Positions 17,687-29,886 of a DNA stretch of 64,000 nt are shown here, piece by piece. Made by a program: the position numbers and the translations under genes. Position 1 is the stretch's first letter. Each line of letters begins with the position of its first letter. Origin of the DNA: a bacterium (GTDB lineage Bacteria; Patescibacteriota; Minisyncoccia; Phycocordibacterales; UBA6065); NCBI GenBank assembly GCA_030680695.1, contig JAUXUT010000149.1, positions 469,768 to 533,767 of the forward strand, written 5' to 3'. Under the pieces are notes generated by a model, which saw only the letters and a list, made by a program, of their open reading frames with translations, ran no database searches and was not told the DNA's origin.

Positions 17687-17938
17687 TTACCGGTACGTGA
17701 CGGTGGGGGCATTCTCCAGCTGCTCTGCTTGCAGCTTGCTCTCCACCTCGATCTTCTGCTCCCTGCGGTCCTCTCGTTGGAACGCATATTCTAGGAGTAG
17801 AAAACCGACGACTGAAACCGCGATCCACAACGCTCCGATGGCAATGTGGCGCAGGATAGGGCGGACCGAGAACAGGGGTTTGTTTATCACCCGTTCGTAG
17901 TCCGATTTGAACGGTCCGACTGGGGTCGAGGTTCTCAT
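17687..17938 (-). CDS. small single-TM membrane protein (83 aa) with own consensus promoter, leaderless-type start
   Basis: ORF MRTSTPVGPFKSDYERVINKPLFSVRPILRHIAIGALWIAVSVVGFLLLEY...; ATG 9 nt after TATAAT. Confidence 0.45.
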   Translation of the reverse strand: MRTSTPVGPFKSDYERVINKPLFSVRPILRHIAIGALWIAVSVVGFLLLEYAFQREDRREQKIEVESKLQAEQLENAPTVTYR

Positions 17939-17947
17939 TTGTATCTA

Positions 17948-17975
17948 ATTATATCAAATTGACAGGATTTGTCAA
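17948..17975 (-). promoter_or_regulatory. consensus sigma70 promoter TTGACA-N16-TATAAT
   Basis: revcomp CATACTTGACAaatcctgtcaatttgaTATAATtagatacaaATG. Confidence 0.5.
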
Positions 17976-18004
17976 GTATGTCGAAACAACCCTACCCCAG
18001 ACAG

Positions 18005-18034
18005 CAAAAAACCGCTCTGTTGAGCGGTTTTTTG
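18005..18034. terminator. bidirectional intrinsic terminator immediately downstream of 16S rRNA
   Basis: caaaaaaccgctc-tgttg-agcggtttttt. Confidence 0.55.
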
Positions 18035-18175
18035 GAGGCCATATCGCATTCTATTTTGCCTCGTTCTTTTCGCCAGTTCTTCCCTGGCTTCCATGCAATT
18101 TAAGGTGTTTGCAAAACCCATATTAAATATGATCGACTCCGTAAGTTCCCTACCGAAGTAGGAGAACGGTTTTCA

Positions 18176-19680
<1,505 letters not shown>

Positions 19681-20077
19681 AACCGAGAAGATAGTCACTG
19701 CGCCGAAGCGCCGAGACTTTCCCCTCGATCGAACGAGACAAAACAGACCGCGATATGTTGCCACATCGTTTTCTATCTTGTTGGACTTCCCGTGCTTTCG
19801 GGTCGTCGCAATCCTATTTATTTTTAGTTGGGGTCGAAACTGAATCTGAATCAACCTTGCAACATTCAACAAAAACTCAAAGTAAAATAGATTAAGATTT
19901 TGCACGAGTTAAGAGAAACATCAGAAATAAATCTGACCAGTTTTTGCTAACACGTTCTTAAGTATTACTTCTATTTCAACGATCGGCCCCTAAAGCCCTC
20001 TGTCCTGAGAAAGAAAAATGGTCATCTTGCGAAGCCCATTTCCCTGCCCAAAACCGAGTTTTAAAGGGGTAAGGACT

Positions 20078-20105
20078 ATTATACACATCGGTTGAGGCTG
20101 GTCAA
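20078..20105 (-). promoter_or_regulatory. candidate 16S rRNA promoter TTGACC-N16-TATAAT
   Basis: revcomp GGGCTTGACCagcctcaaccgatgtgTATAATAG, ~390 nt upstream of 16S 5' end, same family as other promoters. Confidence 0.4.
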
Positions 20106-20639
20106 GCCCTTTAGTGCTCTGTTATATGGGGGCCCGGTCACAGGTCAGACGCTCGCCTTGGCAGTGTTTTTATGTGCTGTGGGCAGAAGCATACCACGCT
20201 TGAACTATTCGATGCCATCCTGGATAACCTTGAAAATATGAGGAAATGGAACAATGAGATGGCTATATTCATGGCTCAGGCCCGAAAGGAACCCATAATG
20301 CGCGTATTGCTGTAGGGTGTTAGTATTGCAGCATGGCAAAGAAAGACAACTTTACGGATGTGGTCCAGAATCTCCCAAAGACGCCACCTGCTCCGGCTCC
20401 AAAGCAGCCAGCACCACAGCAGGTTTCAGGGTCTAACGGTGAGGTGATCACGCTCGGACACAATCAGAAAAAATAGGCGAAATTGCGTCTTTTGCAGACT
20501 CCGAATGACTCCGAAAAAATGGGGGTATCGGAGTTTTGCTTTATATAGGGGAGATGGCTTGAACTATATGTGATATGGGATATGGACCTCTTTAATCAAA
20601 AATAGATTCGGAGTGTTTTTAAATTGACTCAAATTGGTT

Positions 20640-20705
20640 GAAATAGAGCGAAATAGAGCGAATTAGAGTGAAAATTTGGGTGATTTAGGGCGAAATAGGG
20701 TGACC
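20640..20705 (+). repeat. short tandem direct repeats GAAATAGAGCG x2 plus degenerate copies (GAATTAGAGTG, GCGAAATAGGGTG)
   Basis: gaaatagagcgaaatagagcgaattagagtgaaaatttgggtgatttagggcgaaatagggtga at left edge of low-GC island. Confidence 0.4.
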
Positions 20706-20744
20706 TAAACGAGCTATTTAGCAGTTTCTATCGGAAATGATAGA

Positions 20745-21188
20745 ATGGTGTTTATGTCTTGGATAAGAGAAGTAAAGACGCATTTTCTGTTCCAGCTTCC
20801 AATTACACTCATAATCGGGATGCTTGCTTTTGGATTTATCTGTACGGGCATGTTCCACTCAGATATGCAAATGGAAAGTGTAAATCCATCTGTAGTTTTG
20901 GCGACCATGGAAAATGGCCAGTCCTGTTGTGGTATAGACATGTCACAACATATTGAATCTTGGAAGCTATTTTCAACTTCGATACCGCAAAGCTCTTCGA
21001 GTATTCTAATTCTTGTGGTCCTAAGTCTTGCTCTCGTCACTTTGTTAAGAAACAAAGTCAATCATCTTCTGCCTGATCGCACAGCTCTATCCTATAGAAC
21101 AATTTTTAGACTTAGCCAGAACCTTTTTTCCATAAATCATCTCGAACTCGCTTTTGCTAGAGGTGTTCTCAATACGAAAGTATATTAA
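20745..21188 (+). CDS. hypothetical membrane protein
   Basis: 147 aa ORF with two hydrophobic helices, first gene of island. Confidence 0.3.
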   Translation: MVFMSWIREVKTHFLFQLPITLIIGMLAFGFICTGMFHSDMQMESVNPSVVLATMENGQSCCGIDMSQHIESWKLFSTSIPQSSSSILILVVLSLALVTLLRNKVNHLLPDRTALSYRTIFRLSQNLFSINHLELAFARGVLNTKVY

Positions 21189-21242
21189 TTGGTTTAGATA
21201 GGACGGTTTGCGTTCTTTTACTTATCTATTTTCCAATTAAAA

Positions 21243-21974
21243 ATGTCTGAACATAAAACAAATCCTCTTTCGATTCCCGCGGCGATTATAATCGCAGGTG
21301 GGCTGATCGGCCTGGGAATATTCTTCGGTTCAAAAAATATAAGTTTGCCCAATGCCGCAGTAACCGCGCCAGCTCCTCAGATTGCAGATGCTCGGTCAAC
21401 AGAAAGTCTCGACAAAATGAGGCCCGTAACAAAAGACGATCATATTCGCGGTATTTTAAATGCACCCGTGAAGATAGTCGAGTACTCGGATACTGAATGT
21501 CCCTTCTGTAAGAGATTCCATTTAACAATGAAGCAAGTAATGGATGAATATGGAGCGAACGGAAAAGTCGCATGGGTCTATCGTCATTTTCCTCTCGATC
21601 AGCTCCATTCAAAAGCGAGAAAGGAGTCTGTGGCTCTTGAATGTGCTGCCGAACAAGGTGGAAACGACAAATTCTGGGCATATGCAGATCGTCTTTATGA
21701 GATCACTCCAGCAAATGATGGCCTCGATTTAGCCGAACTTCCAAAGATAGCGAAGTTCGTGGGATTGGACACGACCAAATTTAATGAGTGTCTTTCGAGC
21801 GGAAAATATGACAAGCATATTGAAGATGATGTCCAAAATGCAGTTGCAACAGGCGGTCGAGGCACCCCTTGGAGCATAGTCGTGGGGGCGCAGGGTAAAG
21901 TATATCCGCTTTCTGGAGCGCAGCCGTATGCCGCTATAAAGCAACTCATAGAGCAGGCATTGCAAAGCAAATAG
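21243..21974 (+). CDS. DsbA-family thiol:disulfide oxidoreductase (thioredoxin fold, CPFC active site), membrane anchored
   Basis: N-terminal TM, VEYSDTECPFCKRFH active-site motif, 243 aa. Confidence 0.8.
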   Translation: MSEHKTNPLSIPAAIIIAGGLIGLGIFFGSKNISLPNAAVTAPAPQIADARSTESLDKMRPVTKDDHIRGILNAPVKIVEYSDTECPFCKRFHLTMKQVMDEYGANGKVAWVYRHFPLDQLHSKARKESVALECAAEQGGNDKFWAYADRLYEITPANDGLDLAELPKIAKFVGLDTTKFNECLSSGKYDKHIEDDVQNAVATGGRGTPWSIVVGAQGKVYPLSGAQPYAAIKQLIEQALQSK

Positions 21975-21978
21975 TACA

Positions 21979-22503
21979 ATGTCGGCACTAAAGATATTCA
22001 GGAACTGGCGATATGCAATTACTTCCATCGTCATAGCGATCACGGTCTTTGCTCTTGCGACCTGGCTGCCAAATTTCCGCCTGCTATCTTTGGTCCTGTC
22101 TGATCCGCTTCTCAGTTTAGGGGAGAAGATATCTTTGCCCGTTAAACTCTTAGCCTCTATAGGTACGAATTTCACAGTCCTGTCAGCAACCTACACAATC
22201 CTCATAGCGATCATACTAGGCATTAATGCTTCTCTGGCTCTTTATCTCGTTCGCAAACGAGTCAGGGCACTCGGAGGATTAAGTATCGGGCTTGTGGGTA
22301 TTACCACTGGCGTCCTAGGAATCGGCTGTGCCGCCTGTGGATCAATTCTTGCCACAACCATTCTGGGAACGATCGGCGGAGCTTCGATCCTTTCGATTCT
22401 GCCTCTGCAAGGAAGCGAATTCGGTATCTTTGGCGTCCTGCTCTCTCTATCTTCGACATATCTTCTAATGAAGCACATTAATAAACCATTAGTCTGTAAA
22501 TAA
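21979..22503 (+). CDS. polytopic membrane protein with intramembrane CAAC (CxxC) motif; possible redox partner (DsbB/VKOR-like role) of adjacent DsbA
   Basis: 174 aa, 4-5 TM, GIGCAACGSILATT. Confidence 0.4.
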   Translation: MSALKIFRNWRYAITSIVIAITVFALATWLPNFRLLSLVLSDPLLSLGEKISLPVKLLASIGTNFTVLSATYTILIAIILGINASLALYLVRKRVRALGGLSIGLVGITTGVLGIGCAACGSILATTILGTIGGASILSILPLQGSEFGIFGVLLSLSSTYLLMKHINKPLVCK

Positions 22504-22518
22504 AATGAAAAAAATAAA

Positions 22519-22935
22519 ATGAAAAACGGAATTATTATCACAGTAATCTCGGCATTGATCCTTGTTGGAGGTGCCTGGTGGGTGACAGCACCCTCAAAAG
22601 ATCCGAACGTAATTACAAAAAAAGGTATTCATTGGCACCCGGAATTGGAAATTTATGTTAAAGGAGAAAAGATAGAGATACCTCAAGGTATTGGTCTTTC
22701 GGGCACGGTTCATAATCCATTGCATACACATGAGGATCTACCCATCATTCATCTTGAGTATGGTGGGAAAGTGACAAAAGATGATACTAAAGTAACGAAC
22801 TTTTTCAGGGTCTGGGGTAAGAGCTTTGGGGAATTCGGGAATAACGTCACAATGAGCGTAAATGGAGTTGAAAATATGGAACTTGAGAACTACCAGATGA
22901 AAGACAAAGACAAGGTCGTGCTGAGATATGAGTAA
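22519..22935 (+). CDS. secreted/anchored His-rich hypothetical protein (possible metal-binding)
   Basis: N-terminal signal anchor; HWHPELE, HNPLHTHEDLP His clusters. Confidence 0.4.
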   Translation: MKNGIIITVISALILVGGAWWVTAPSKDPNVITKKGIHWHPELEIYVKGEKIEIPQGIGLSGTVHNPLHTHEDLPIIHLEYGGKVTKDDTKVTNFFRVWGKSFGEFGNNVTMSVNGVENMELENYQMKDKDKVVLRYE

Positions 22936-22962
22936 TTATTGTATATCTGCGCGCCTGGACAC

Positions 22963-22981
22963 TATACCCCTATAGGGTATA
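22963..22981. promoter_or_regulatory. CsoR-type operator palindrome
   Basis: TATACCCC-TAT-AGGGTATA 11 nt upstream of csoR start, resembles known CsoR operators (ATACCC..GGGTAT). Confidence 0.5.
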
Positions 22982-22991
22982 TGATTACCCC

Positions 22992-23261
22992 ATGACTAAA
23001 AATCCCCATAAAGGAAAATTGATTCGTCGTCTCAAAATCATTGAGGGCCAAATAAGAGGGCTTCAGGATATGATCGAGAAAGACAGATATTGCATAGACA
23101 TCATTACGCAGACGTCCGCAGTGAAAAGAGCGCTCTCGGGTATTGAAGACACTCTCATGGAACATCACCTCTCTACCTGTGCGGTAGATCAAACGCATCA
23201 AGGTAAAGAAAGTAAGACTAAAGCGGAGATATTAAAGGTCTATAGGCTTAAACGAAAATAA
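22992..23261 (+). CDS. csoR: CsoR/RcnR-family copper-sensing transcriptional repressor
   Basis: LKIIEGQIRGLQDMIEKDRYCIDIITQTSAV...HHLSTC: conserved Cys/His/Cys metal ligands of CsoR. Confidence 0.85.
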   Translation: MTKNPHKGKLIRRLKIIEGQIRGLQDMIEKDRYCIDIITQTSAVKRALSGIEDTLMEHHLSTCAVDQTHQGKESKTKAEILKVYRLKRK

Positions 23262-23264
23262 TCT

Positions 23265-25559
23265 ATGCATACCCAAACCTATAAAATAAAAGGAATGCAC
23301 TGCGCGTCTTGCGCGGGCATCATCGAAAAAACCTTCAAAAAGACTGAAGGTGTCGAATCGTCTCAGGTGAATTACGGAACAGAAACCGCCAAAGTGAGTT
23401 TTGATCCTGCAAAAACGAATCCCCAACACCTCTCACAAAAAATCGAAAAACTGGGCTACTCGCTCGTTATTCCGGAAACCGCGAACGAGATGGGTATGTC
23501 AGCGAATGAACACGCGGCTCATTTAGGGTTTAACCAATCAAAAAAAGAGAAGCTCGCAGAAATAAAGGATATGAAAAGCAAGGTTTTTTCAGTTATCCCT
23601 CTCGCCATCTTCAGCATCTTTGTCATGGGATGGGATATCCTTGGCCAGTTCGGCTTTGTGCCCGAGATGTCTCGAACGCTTTACGAATTTTTCCACCACC
23701 TCCTTCCGATATTCGCGACATACACCCTTTTCGTCGTTGGAAAACCATACCTTCTCGGCATGGTTCGATTCTTTCGATTTGGCAAAGCGAATATGGATAC
23801 CTTAATAGGTATAGGCACATTCGTCGCCTTTCTCTTTAGCTTTATCGTCACCGCCTTTGAAGAATCACTCGCCCCGTATATCAACGTCGAACAGAATTAT
23901 TACGATGTAACGATAATCGTTATTACCTTTATCGCCCTCGGTAAATATCTAGAGGCTCGCGCCAAAGTGAAAACGGGAGACGCAATAGAAAAGCTCGTCG
24001 GCCTTCAGGCAAAAACCGCCTTGGTCATACGAGACGGAAAGGAGCAAGAAATCGCCTCTTCGGATGTAAGGCGTGGTGATCTCGTCATAGTAAAGCCAGG
24101 ATCGAAAATTCCTGTCGATGGCATGATAACTGAAGGATCTTCATATGTAGATGAATCAATGGTCACCGGAGAACCTATGCCTGCGGAAAAAAATATCGGA
24201 GACACTGTTGTCGCAGGCACAATAAATACAAATAGCGCGTTCACGTTCCAAGCCACCAAGGTCGGCTCTGAGACACTTCTTGCCCACATCATAAAAATGG
24301 TTGAGGAAGCTCAAGGAAGTCGCGCTCCTATACAAGCGTTAGCCGACAAAATCTCAGCTGTATTTGTTCCTGTGGTGCTTGTGTTGGCTTTCATAACCCT
24401 CGGCGCATGGCTGCTTTTGGGTTCTGGTCCGCTCGGCTTTTCTCAAGCTCTCTCATACGGTCTTACCTCATTTGTGGGCATTCTTATTATTGCTTGCCCG
24501 TGCGCCCTCGGCCTCGCCACTCCTACAGCCATCATCGTCGGAGTTGGTAAAGGAGCTAAAGAAGGCATCCTCATTAAGGACGCCGCCACTCTTGAAAAAC
24601 TTCACAAGGTTGATACTGTCGTCGTCGATAAAACAGGCACGATCACGCGAGGTAAACCAGAACTCACGAGCATACAGAATCATTCAAAACTTTCCGACGA
24701 AAAAGTTTTGGCGATTCTTGCCACCCTCGAAAGTAAATCAGAACATCCTATTGCCCACGCTGTTATCGAGCATGCGAAGGCGAAATCAATTAGCCTTCTG
24801 TCTATTGAGAAATCAGAAATCATTAAAGGCAAAGGTATAAAAGGTCACATCGAAGGTGTTGAATATTTTGCCGGCAACACAAAGCTCATATCTGACCTCA
24901 AACTTTCTTTAGATACTCAGAAGCTTGAAGCAGAAACTAAAGAAGGTAAAACTCCTGTCGTCCTCGCCTCAAAAAGCGAGGTGATCGCTATTGTCATGGT
25001 TTCTGACGCGATAAAACCAGAGGCGGTGGAAGCGGTAAAGAACCTTCACAAGCTTGGTATAAAAGTTGTTATGCTCACGGGAGATAACAAATATACGGCT
25101 CAGGCGATCGCAAAAGAAGTCGGCATCGATGATGTGGTCGCGGAAGTACTCCCTGAAGACAAGCTCAATAAAATAAAGGAATTGCAGGCTGCGGGACATA
25201 TCGTGGCTATGGCGGGCGACGGCGTAAACGACGCCCCAGCTCTCGCTCAAGCAGATGTAGGTATTGCTATGGGCACGGGAACTGATGTGGCGATCGAGAC
25301 GGCTGGCATCACACTCCTTAACGGTGATATATCCAAACTTGTGAAAGCGATAAAGCTTTCGAGGCTTACGATGCGCGGCATCAAGCAGAATCTTTTCTGG
25401 GCGTTTATCTATAACGTCGTAGGCATCCCTCTTGCGGCAGGACTATTCTTCCCTTTCTTCGGCTGGCTCCTCAATCCAGTGTTCGCGGGTCTCGCCATGG
25501 CATTCTCAAGCGTATCTGTTGTCGGAAATTCGCTTCGACTTAAGGCAAAGAAATTATGA
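23265..25559 (+). CDS. copA: copper-translocating P1B-type ATPase CopA
   Basis: N-terminal HMA (GMHCASCAG), CPC motif ([13 protein letters not shown]), DKTGTIT phosphorylation site, [10 protein letters not shown] hinge; 764 aa. Confidence 0.9.
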   Translation: MHTQTYKIKGMHCASCAGIIEKTFKKTEGVESSQVNYGTETAKVSFDPAKTNPQHLSQKIEKLGYSLVIPETANEMGMSANEHAAHLGFNQSKKEKLAEIKDMKSKVFSVIPLAIFSIFVMGWDILGQFGFVPEMSRTLYEFFHHLLPIFATYTLFVVGKPYLLGMVRFFRFGKANMDTLIGIGTFVAFLFSFIVTAFEESLAPYINVEQNYYDVTIIVITFIALGKYLEARAKVKTGDAIEKLVGLQAKTALVIRDGKEQEIASSDVRRGDLVIVKPGSKIPVDGMITEGSSYVDESMVTGEPMPAEKNIGDTVVAGTINTNSAFTFQATKVGSETLLAHIIKMVEEAQGSRAPIQALADKISAVFVPVVLVLAFITLGAWLLLGSGPLGFSQALSYGLTSFVGILIIACPCALGLATPTAIIVGVGKGAKEGILIKDAATLEKLHKVDTVVVDKTGTITRGKPELTSIQNHSKLSDEKVLAILATLESKSEHPIAHAVIEHAKAKSISLLSIEKSEIIKGKGIKGHIEGVEYFAGNTKLISDLKLSLDTQKLEAETKEGKTPVVLASKSEVIAIVMVSDAIKPEAVEAVKNLHKLGIKVVMLTGDNKYTAQAIAKEVGIDDVVAEVLPEDKLNKIKELQAAGHIVAMAGDGVNDAPALAQADVGIAMGTGTDVAIETAGITLLNGDISKLVKAIKLSRLTMRGIKQNLFWAFIYNVVGIPLAAGLFFPFFGWLLNPVFAGLAMAFSSVSVVGNSLRLKAKKL

Positions 25560-25957
25560 TTACCAAGAAACTCAAACTCATATTCGGGATTTCCATACCC
25601 GTTTTCATCCTGCATGGAATAGAAGAATTCGTGACACACTTTTCTGACAAGGATGCGCATGCCCAAGCGATCTTCGGAATGTTCTCCTCGCTATCGAATC
25701 ACGGAGCTACTTTCGTCGTGTTTCAAATAATGTTCTGGCTCCTTCTTATAATTAGCCTCCTCCTCATAATGGGCGGTAAGTGGCAGTTGTACACTCTCGG
25801 GATCGCGGGTATTGTCTACATCTATGAGCTCCATCACGTATACAAGGCCATCGCTATTGGAGGCTACTACCCGGGCCTTTATACATCTATAGCTTTCCCC
25901 ATAATCGGATTTTTCTTTTGGAAAGAGTGGCTCGCAATTAAAAAACAAAACATATGA
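25556..25957 (+). CDS. HXXEE-domain membrane protein
   Basis: LHGIEEF motif in first TM, 4 TM helices, overlaps copA stop by 4 nt. Confidence 0.55.
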   Translation: MITKKLKLIFGISIPVFILHGIEEFVTHFSDKDAHAQAIFGMFSSLSNHGATFVVFQIMFWLLLIISLLLIMGGKWQLYTLGIAGIVYIYELHHVYKAIAIGGYYPGLYTSIAFPIIGFFFWKEWLAIKKQNI

Positions 25958-26973
25958 AAACCTACACCTTCCACATTCAGGGAATGCACTGCAAGGCATG
26001 CATTGCTCTCACCGAAAGCGAGATCGGTGATCTTAAGGATGTCTCCTCTGTAAAGGCGTCATTAGCTGACCATACGGTTGTTGTTGCAGGAGAATTCGGA
26101 GACAAAGTTCCTGAAGATATTGCGGATAGCCTTACCGCTGTCCTAAAATCCCATGGATACACGCTATCGGTCGGAAAGCAGAAGCATGTAGTAGATTGGT
26201 CCCAATTTAAAATAGCTCTTCCAATAGCGGCTGCATTCGTCGCTCTCTTCATCGTTCTTCAAAAAATCGGTTTGGTGAATCTTGTGACCACATCAGACGT
26301 TGGATACGGAACGGCGTTTATCATCGGTCTCATCGCCTCAGTTTCCACCTGTATGGCTGTTGTGGGCGGGCTCGTCCTCTCTATGTCGGCAAACTATGCC
26401 AAAGAGAATGATAAGGTTCGTCCACAAGTGCTTTTCCATATTGGAAGGCTTGTATCATTCTTTGTGCTCGGCGGCGTGATTGGAGTTCTCGGTTCAGCGT
26501 TTCAACTGAATGGAACGGGTACGTTTATTTTGAGTGTTGTTGTGGCGCTTGTTCTTCTTATTCTCGGCCTGAACCTTCTCGATGTGTTTCCATGGATGAA
26601 GAAGCTTCAACCATCATTACCGAGCTTCATAGCGAACCGCGTTCAAAGTCTTAAAAAGATAAATCACACGCTTACGCCGCTTTTAATCGGTGTTGCGACT
26701 TTTTTTCTTCCCTGCGGATTCACTCAGTCGATGCAGATCTATTCGCTTTCAACCGGCAGTTTTTGGACCGGAGCGATGACGATGTCTGCTTTCGCACTTG
26801 GAACACTCCCGGTTCTAGCTCTTCTCTCATTCAGCTCACTTGGAATACACACTAAAACTCGTTCGGGGGTATTCTTTAAGTCCGCAGGGTTAGTTGTAAT
26901 CTTCTTTGGTATATTTAATCTCATCAACGGTCTTGCGGCTGCCGGAGTCATAGAGCCATTATTCAGTTTTTAA
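25954..26973 (+). CDS. heavy-metal-associated (HMA) domain fused to polytopic permease-like membrane domain (DsbD_2/CcdA-like or TauE/SafE-like) with TM cysteines
   Basis: N-terminal GMHCKACIALTE HMA motif; SVSTCMAVVGG and FFLPCGFTQS TM Cys motifs. Confidence 0.5.
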   Translation: MKTYTFHIQGMHCKACIALTESEIGDLKDVSSVKASLADHTVVVAGEFGDKVPEDIADSLTAVLKSHGYTLSVGKQKHVVDWSQFKIALPIAAAFVALFIVLQKIGLVNLVTTSDVGYGTAFIIGLIASVSTCMAVVGGLVLSMSANYAKENDKVRPQVLFHIGRLVSFFVLGGVIGVLGSAFQLNGTGTFILSVVVALVLLILGLNLLDVFPWMKKLQPSLPSFIANRVQSLKKINHTLTPLLIGVATFFLPCGFTQSMQIYSLSTGSFWTGAMTMSAFALGTLPVLALLSFSSLGIHTKTRSGVFFKSAGLVVIFFGIFNLINGLAAAGVIEPLFSF

Positions 26974-26987
26974 CATCAACATAAAGT

Positions 26988-27401
26988 ATGAAAAAATTTA
27001 GTGTCCCAGTATCAATTATCGTTTCTGCAATTATTGTGGCAGGATCCATATATTTTTCAGCAAATTCATTTGGCGGCGGATCTGACACAGTCGCTAAACC
27101 CACCACAGCAGTAAATAACATATCCACAGAGGGTGGTAAGCAGATAATCGATATTATGGCTAAAGGAGGCTATTCTCCTCGCCAAACCGTAGCTAAAGCA
27201 GGTGTTCCTACAGTCCTTCGTATTAAGACTAACGGTACTTTTGATTGCACCTCTTCTCTGAGTATCGCCGCTCTCAACTATAAGGAAAATCTACCGCCGA
27301 CGGGCGTTACGGAGATCGAAGTCCCTCCGCAAAAAGCTGGCGCGAAGCTCACTGGTCTCTGCTCTATGGGCATGTACAACTTCTCCGTCAATTTTAATTA
27401 A
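26988..27401 (+). CDS. secreted cupredoxin-like small protein (possible Cu-binding; C..C.MGM)
   Basis: signal anchor, IDIMAKGGYSPRQTVAKAGVPTVLRIKTNGTFDC, C-terminal LCSMGMYNF. Confidence 0.4.
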   Translation: MKKFSVPVSIIVSAIIVAGSIYFSANSFGGGSDTVAKPTTAVNNISTEGGKQIIDIMAKGGYSPRQTVAKAGVPTVLRIKTNGTFDCTSSLSIAALNYKENLPPTGVTEIEVPPQKAGAKLTGLCSMGMYNFSVNFN

Positions 27402-27419
27402 TTTTAACTTTTACACGTT

Positions 27420-28355
27420 ATGAAACGGATACTTCTCATACTTGGAATCCTAATTCTTCTTATCGGTGGTTTTATCATTGCATCGAAAGATAGTGATGAT
27501 ACCAAAGCCACTCTAGGAATATATTGTTCTTCTGACGGCACCCTTTCGGACATGATGCCAATCCAGAGTCATCGCTCGTACTGCATAAAATCGGATTCGA
27601 ATGGTAAGACGTATGCACTCAACGCTCCGAATTCATATTCGTTCTTGATCGTGGATGACCAAGGTAATACTCTCAAGGATTATGCGATTACTCACACAAA
27701 GCCTATGCATGTTATTGCTGTTCGAAAGGATCTCGCATATTTTCAGCATATTCATCCTGAATTCGATAAAGCGACGGGGACATTCACTCTCGCGGATCTT
27801 GCATTCCCTGAAGACGGTGAATACCGTATCTTTGCCGATTTCGCTCCCGAAAAGGGACAAATGGGTCCTATGGGAGAACCTCTCGTCGTCACTATTTCAG
27901 ACGACGTGAATGTTGGTTCCGACAGAGGCTACGCTTCTAGGCCGCTCGGGTCCGAGGAGCGTACAAAAGTTGTTGATGGGTATCAGATAAATCTTGCTAA
28001 AGAGGAAACTCTTCAAAGCGGCGAGGAGTCTCGCCTTGCATTCAATATCTCTCAAAATGGAAAGCCTGTGACTGATATGGAGGAATATCTAGGTGCTCTC
28101 GGGCACACGGTTGTTCTCAAAGAAGGAACCCTTGATTTCATACATGCTCACCCTGTCGAAGATGTGGATGTAAAGCAGACGGGAGCTGTTAACTTTTTGG
28201 TCAGTTTTCCTGAAGCTGGCAAGTATAAGGTATTCAGTCAATTTCAGAGAGGCGGAAAAGTATTTACAAGTGACTTCGTTGTGTCGGTTGTTCAGGGTGT
28301 ACAACCTTCAACTCCAGAGGAAGCTGATGAGAATGTTCGAAGCATGAAACACTAA
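27420..28355 (+). CDS. secreted hypothetical protein with HIHPEF / HAHP His motifs (possible metal-binding)
   Basis: 311 aa, N-terminal signal anchor. Confidence 0.4.
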   Translation: MKRILLILGILILLIGGFIIASKDSDDTKATLGIYCSSDGTLSDMMPIQSHRSYCIKSDSNGKTYALNAPNSYSFLIVDDQGNTLKDYAITHTKPMHVIAVRKDLAYFQHIHPEFDKATGTFTLADLAFPEDGEYRIFADFAPEKGQMGPMGEPLVVTISDDVNVGSDRGYASRPLGSEERTKVVDGYQINLAKEETLQSGEESRLAFNISQNGKPVTDMEEYLGALGHTVVLKEGTLDFIHAHPVEDVDVKQTGAVNFLVSFPEAGKYKVFSQFQRGGKVFTSDFVVSVVQGVQPSTPEEADENVRSMKH

Positions 28356-28357
28356 AC

Positions 28358-29098
28358 ATGGCACAAATCTGGCTTTATTCTTTGGTAAGCGTAGCTATTG
28401 TCAGCCTTATATCGCTCGTGGGGTTAATCACCCTTGGAGTAAGGCAAGAGCGACTACAAAAGGTTCTTTCTTATGTAGTGAGTTTTTCCGCCGGTGCTCT
28501 CCTTGGCGACGTGTTCATTCATATCCTTCCTGAAATCATGGTCGAAGGAAACGCACTTTCGACGAGTGTCTATATCTTAGCGGGCATAGTGCTCTTCTTC
28601 GTCCTCGAAAGGTTCCTTTTGTGGCACCACTCCCATACGGGCCACAATGAAAGCATCCATTCGATGACATACCTGACCGTCTTTGGAGATGCGCTACATA
28701 ATTTTCTTGACGGCATGGCGATTGCAGCGAGCTTCCTCATAAGTGTTCCTGTAGGAATTGCAACGACGGTGGCAGTGATGCTTCATGAGATACCTCAAGA
28801 GATCGGGCAGTTTGCCGTATTGGTTCATGGGGGCTGGAGCAGGAAAAAGGCTCTCATATATAACTTTCTCTCCGCCCTTACAGCGGTTCTGGGAGCAGTG
28901 GTTGTGCTTCTCTTTACTCAGGGAACAGAACAGCCTCTCGCCTTACTTGCGATAGGGGCCGCAAGCTTTATATATGTTGCTATGTCAGACCTGATCCCAG
29001 AGCTTCATAAGGAAACGAGCCCTAAAAAGTCTCTTATACAGCTCTTCTGGATGATCATTGGTATTGGAGTGATGGCGCTCATGCTCCTTCTTGAATAA
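28358..29098 (+). CDS. ZIP-family metal cation transporter (ZupT-like)
   Basis: HILPE, HHSHTGH, HNFLDGMAIA, HEIPQEIG motifs; 246 aa. Confidence 0.85.
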   Translation: MAQIWLYSLVSVAIVSLISLVGLITLGVRQERLQKVLSYVVSFSAGALLGDVFIHILPEIMVEGNALSTSVYILAGIVLFFVLERFLLWHHSHTGHNESIHSMTYLTVFGDALHNFLDGMAIAASFLISVPVGIATTVAVMLHEIPQEIGQFAVLVHGGWSRKKALIYNFLSALTAVLGAVVVLLFTQGTEQPLALLAIGAASFIYVAMSDLIPELHKETSPKKSLIQLFWMIIGIGVMALMLLLE

Positions 29099-29100
29099 CT

Positions 29101-29886
29101 ATGAAGCACAAACATATTCTTGTTGGCATTATATTGTTTCATTTGGTCGCCTTAGGAGCGTTCATGTTTTACCGCAGAAATGACAACGGCAGTGAGAATA
29201 TAGTACGAAATCAAGAACCAGCTACGAGCTCACTTAGCCTTATCCTTTCGCCACAGTCTCCAAAGGATACGGTGATGGTGGATAGCGTTGTGATGCCGGT
29301 GAATGGGTGGGTTGTAGCACGCGCAATAGAGGGAGATCGTCTCAGCCAGGTTATTGAAATAAGCAACTTCTTACAAAAAGGCGCTTATAAGAATATTCAA
29401 ATATCTCTCGGTGATTTTTATGACGGAGAGGACTTGATAGTCATGATTTATGAGGACCAGGGTGACGGAACATTTAACGACATGGATTTGCCTGCTCTCG
29501 ACGATGAAGGATTAATGACGGCTGTGTACGTAAGAACTGGCGAGTCTTTGCCATCGAGTATCATTGAAACCGACCCGTCGAGTATGCCTGCTCATAACAT
29601 GTCGGGTATGGCAGGTATGACGAGGATCCGCTACACAGACAACGGCTTCCTTCCCAAGGAAATTAAGGGTCCTGTCGGAACAATGGTTGAGTTTGTGAAT
29701 GAAAGCAGTATGGATATGTGGGTCGCCTCTAATTTGCACCCTGAGCACGAAGAGCTTCCGACATTCGATCAATTTAGACCTTATAAAATAGGAGGTGTTT
29801 ACCGCTACGTCTTCGATAAGGCTGGCACATGGGAATATCATGATCATTTGAATCCTGCATTAGAGGGGGTTGTTAACATTCAGTAG
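29101..29886 (+). CDS. membrane-anchored protein with C-terminal cupredoxin-like/metal-binding domain
   Basis: signal anchor; C-terminal GPVGTMVEFVNES...GTWEYHDHLNP. Confidence 0.35.
   Translation: MKHKHILVGIILFHLVALGAFMFYRRNDNGSENIVRNQEPATSSLSLILSPQSPKDTVMVDSVVMPVNGWVVARAIEGDRLSQVIEISNFLQKGAYKNIQISLGDFYDGEDLIVMIYEDQGDGTFNDMDLPALDDEGLMTAVYVRTGESLPSSIIETDPSSMPAHNMSGMAGMTRIRYTDNGFLPKEIKGPVGTMVEFVNESSMDMWVASNLHPEHEELPTFDQFRPYKIGGVYRYVFDKAGTWEYHDHLNPALEGVVNIQ

Noticed and set aside
20640-20705. Possible CRISPR array at the tandem GAAATAGAGCG repeats
   Set aside because: The repeats are only ~11 nt and directly abutting, without spacers. No cas genes are present. They are not CRISPR-like.
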